DNA of 64,000 nucleotides from Massalongia carnosa (Eukaryota): NCBI GenBank assembly GCA_965645245.1, contig OZ287071.1, positions 1,612,001 to 1,676,000 of the forward strand, read 5' to 3'. Shown piece by piece: positions 60,882 to 64,000 of this stretch (position 1 is its first letter; each line of letters starts with the position of its first letter). The notes under the pieces were generated by a model. It saw only the letters and a program-made list of their open reading frames with translations, ran no database searches and was not told where the DNA came from. The position numbers and the translations under genes were made by a program.

Positions 60882-63800
60882 AGGTTGTTTTCGATGATAG
60901 ATTTGAGGGTGTGGGCGCTGGGACGATGAAATTGCCAAGGTATCGGTCTGTAGCTCATGACATATATAGCGCCTGCAGTATAACCATTAGAAGCGCTTGG
61001 ATGAATCCAGGAGATTGTGATACATTATAATCAAATATCATTTGTCATCGACACGGCTTGTATAGATTTATCCGTTATAAAACGCACCAACAGAACTACT
61101 CCATTACTGCCGATACTTAGATTCGGCTTATCACATCTAGTCCTGACTGTAAAGCACCACAACGGCGTTTATCAGCACGTCCTGGGTCGATTCATCAGTA
61201 GGTCCCCACAAGTATGTATATCACTGTAGCACCTAGTAGTGGAGATTTCTGGTTTCATCAACCAAATCCTCTTCGATCTCCTTACGCCGGCGCTTCACAC
61301 TTGATCCAAGGCCTTGCTATGCAGGTCATTCCATTCCGAACGGATAATGTCTGAAGCCTGGTGAGAACTGGTTCCAGAATCCCTGATGAAATCCGTCTCG
61401 AGAAGTTCTGGATCTTGGGGAGAAGTCTGGTAGTAGAAAAGCATGATAGACTCCAAGTTGTCCATCTATGTAGTGACCTGCCATCTCAGCCTGACTTGGC
61501 GATTGTTTGAAATATCAAATCCTCCGGCTTTGGGACTTGCCTAGCGAGAGTTATCTCGTTAGGCGTTTTGTAAGCCGCATGGCCTGGCGTATCTGAATTA
61601 ACTATGTTAGATGTTTGGCATCGGTATTATGCTAGAACCTAGAGTTTGCCCTGGGGAGGCGAAAAAAACCCGCTTGTTCTTTATCTCCCAATAAGATCGT
61701 AAAATTTCTAGGGTTACTTGGCGCTTTCATATTGTAACGGTATGCCCCTCAGCCGTGCTTTCTCTCTACCTTCTCAACATTAGACTCATGCTGGGGTCTG
61801 AGGTGTATTTACTATGTTCTACGCTTGCACCATCTCTTTAAACTGTTTGCTTTCTCCAGAGAACAGAAATAATCGTTAACGGAAATTCTTTAGGGATTGA
61901 ATTGAAATACCTGGCCCGAGAATTATGGATGGGCACACACACAGTTCTCATCATTACTATAAATCATTTGTCCGGTTCGAAATATTGTTGCCGTAACGTT
62001 TCGTGAAGCATGGTCAATTACTGCTGACAAAATTCCTTGTGGACGCCGTGTGTTGTACGGTGCGCACGTTCAGGCTGCTCTTGAAAGTTGGACTAATGAG
62101 ACGGAGCGTAAGCGTACTTACTATTCAGCTGGTTCGTGTGTTACAGAGACGTAGGTATTATTATTTTCTGTTCAAATCTTTAGGAATGGAAACGACGAGC
62201 CTTCTCACTGTACTCAGCGTTTTAGTATCTTCGATCGTTGATTCCTTACTTATGTGGCTGATAGGGTTTTTAGTCGTTCGTTTTCGTTTTGCTGCAAACA
62301 TGACAAAGAAAATAAACGCTTCAAAGATAATTAAGTGCCCGATCAAGACTATCCAATAGAGGTTCTCTGCAGAAGTTCGCAGAAGTACATTGGCGAGGAC
62401 TGTATATCAGACTAAGGTTCACAGAACGAATTAAGCAAAAGTCCGCAAAATGTACATCGGTAAGGACGGCTAATCAGACAAAATCCCATCAAAGTCCAAT
62501 GCATGTAACTCAATGTCGCAGCCAATGCAAGGCAAAAACAGCATTCGGAGTGCAGCCAGCCGTTTGGATTTTAGTGGTGCCGAATCAGTCAGGCGCATCT
62601 CCATTGTCAAATGTGTCGATAATCAACCTACAAGCTCTTGGCGATGATTTGATGAATACTGTTTTCATAACCGAGCGTAAGCGTTAACGCATGTTTACCG
62701 ACAATCGTCAAAGATTGCTTATATGGTGTTGATAAGTCCTCGTATGCAGCGGAAGGTAGACGAACATATCGCTTCAATTGAGCTTATGTTGCATGACCGA
62801 GGATCTTGGAACGCCATGCTTTAGTTCAGTTTTGAGTGGATTTACTTGCAAACCCATGCATGGAGTATTCCTTTTCTTGCTCCGTTGATGTAGAGTAAAG
62901 CTCGTTCAGTTGGAAACACTTGTCTTTCGATGTTGGAATTAGGACTATGGCGGTATTACCCCGGAATTAGCGCGATGGTTGTAGACTGATAAACCTCGAA
63001 AACCTGGCTCATATACGCTGCTGGCGCTACGTCTGCACAACGATGGCGAAGCTAGAGCTAGAGCCAGTATCGGTATGCATCAATAATTGAACCTGGCGCC
63101 GCTTGGGGTAGCATCAGCTATCAAACTCCATACTCATCGGAGCAGCAAAACTTTAGTCCCAAAGTACGTTTATAATGATGTTTTGTTACCCGCACCCAAT
63201 TCCTACCAGATTTAACTGGCTCAGCCTGAGACTGTTCACGCTAAATCAGGTTTGAAGGGGTGAACTGCAGTTACTTATACCCCTGCAGATATCAAGCCAG
63301 TCACTTAGCTTAGAGTGTCCGGAAAGTCAACCTATAAAATATGCTGATAACCTACCATCATCTGCTTTCCGCAACATGCCCTTGAATTTGCTCGCTACCA
63401 TTGAGTTTCTCTTCCACGAACTTCAAGTAAGTTATGCGAAGTTATACCTATTGCTGCTGATAGAGCTAAGAATAACGGTAAGAAGTAATGCCGAGCACTC
63501 CATGCGAGAGATGTGATCATGGTGGTGAGGAAGACCCGGGGGTAGGAAAGCTTGATGATTTCTTTAAGGGAAGCAACAAACCGAGCGTGTGTCTTTTCCA
63601 TCAATCCTGCTGTTCCAGGCCGTAATGAAACAGCCTAACACGAACATAGGATACAACAGTCCAGGATAGGCTCGGTGATAGTGGGATCAAGGCATATGTT
63701 CCCGCTCGTACATCAGGCACAAGTTCCACGTCGACCGAGCCGGTCTCTGCTGCGTTGAAACGATGGCAAGAGGAAAGCCCACAGGAAGAGTACTGGAGTA

Positions 63801-64000
63801 TATTAGGGTATTTTGCCAAAACTAAGAGAAATGAAGAGATATGCTCCGTAATGCGCAGGGAGATGGACGCTTAGAAATGACCGAAGGAAAAGATAACTGA
63901 TTAGAGTTGTGCCGAGAATAAGAGTACTGAAACACTATTTGTTTTTTTCATCAATGTTTCTTAACTGTAGTAAAGATACTGGCATTTACATTTCGCTATT

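Overview
This is eukaryotic DNA from a filamentous ascomycete (Pezizomycotina). The short GT-AG introns with CTRAC/CTAAY branch sites and the recognisable orthologues support this; a lichen-forming lineage is possible but cannot be shown from the sequence. Bases 1-58 kb form a gene-dense housekeeping block: PTM1-like, SRP9, DUF1308, RNR2, an ADF-H/PH-like protein, OHCU decarboxylase, WDR44-like, SWD2, OAC1, NDUFAF6, RAD5, GTPBP1, LSM3, eIF2B-delta, PDR16, POL12, APC13, GDA1, DUF4598, a class II-like eIF4E and an EF-hand protein. Interspersed accessory items are a defective Tc1/mariner transposon with two tiers of inverted repeats, a decaying secreted protein gene with an aerolysin/ETX-MTX2-like hairpin, an F-box-like pseudogene and two candidate structured ncRNA loci. 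The gene-poor right end carries a Cys-rich secreted protein gene. A recurring C-rich to G-rich skew switch marks many gene 3' ends. Exon boundaries were read by eye and family calls come from remembered motifs, not database searches.
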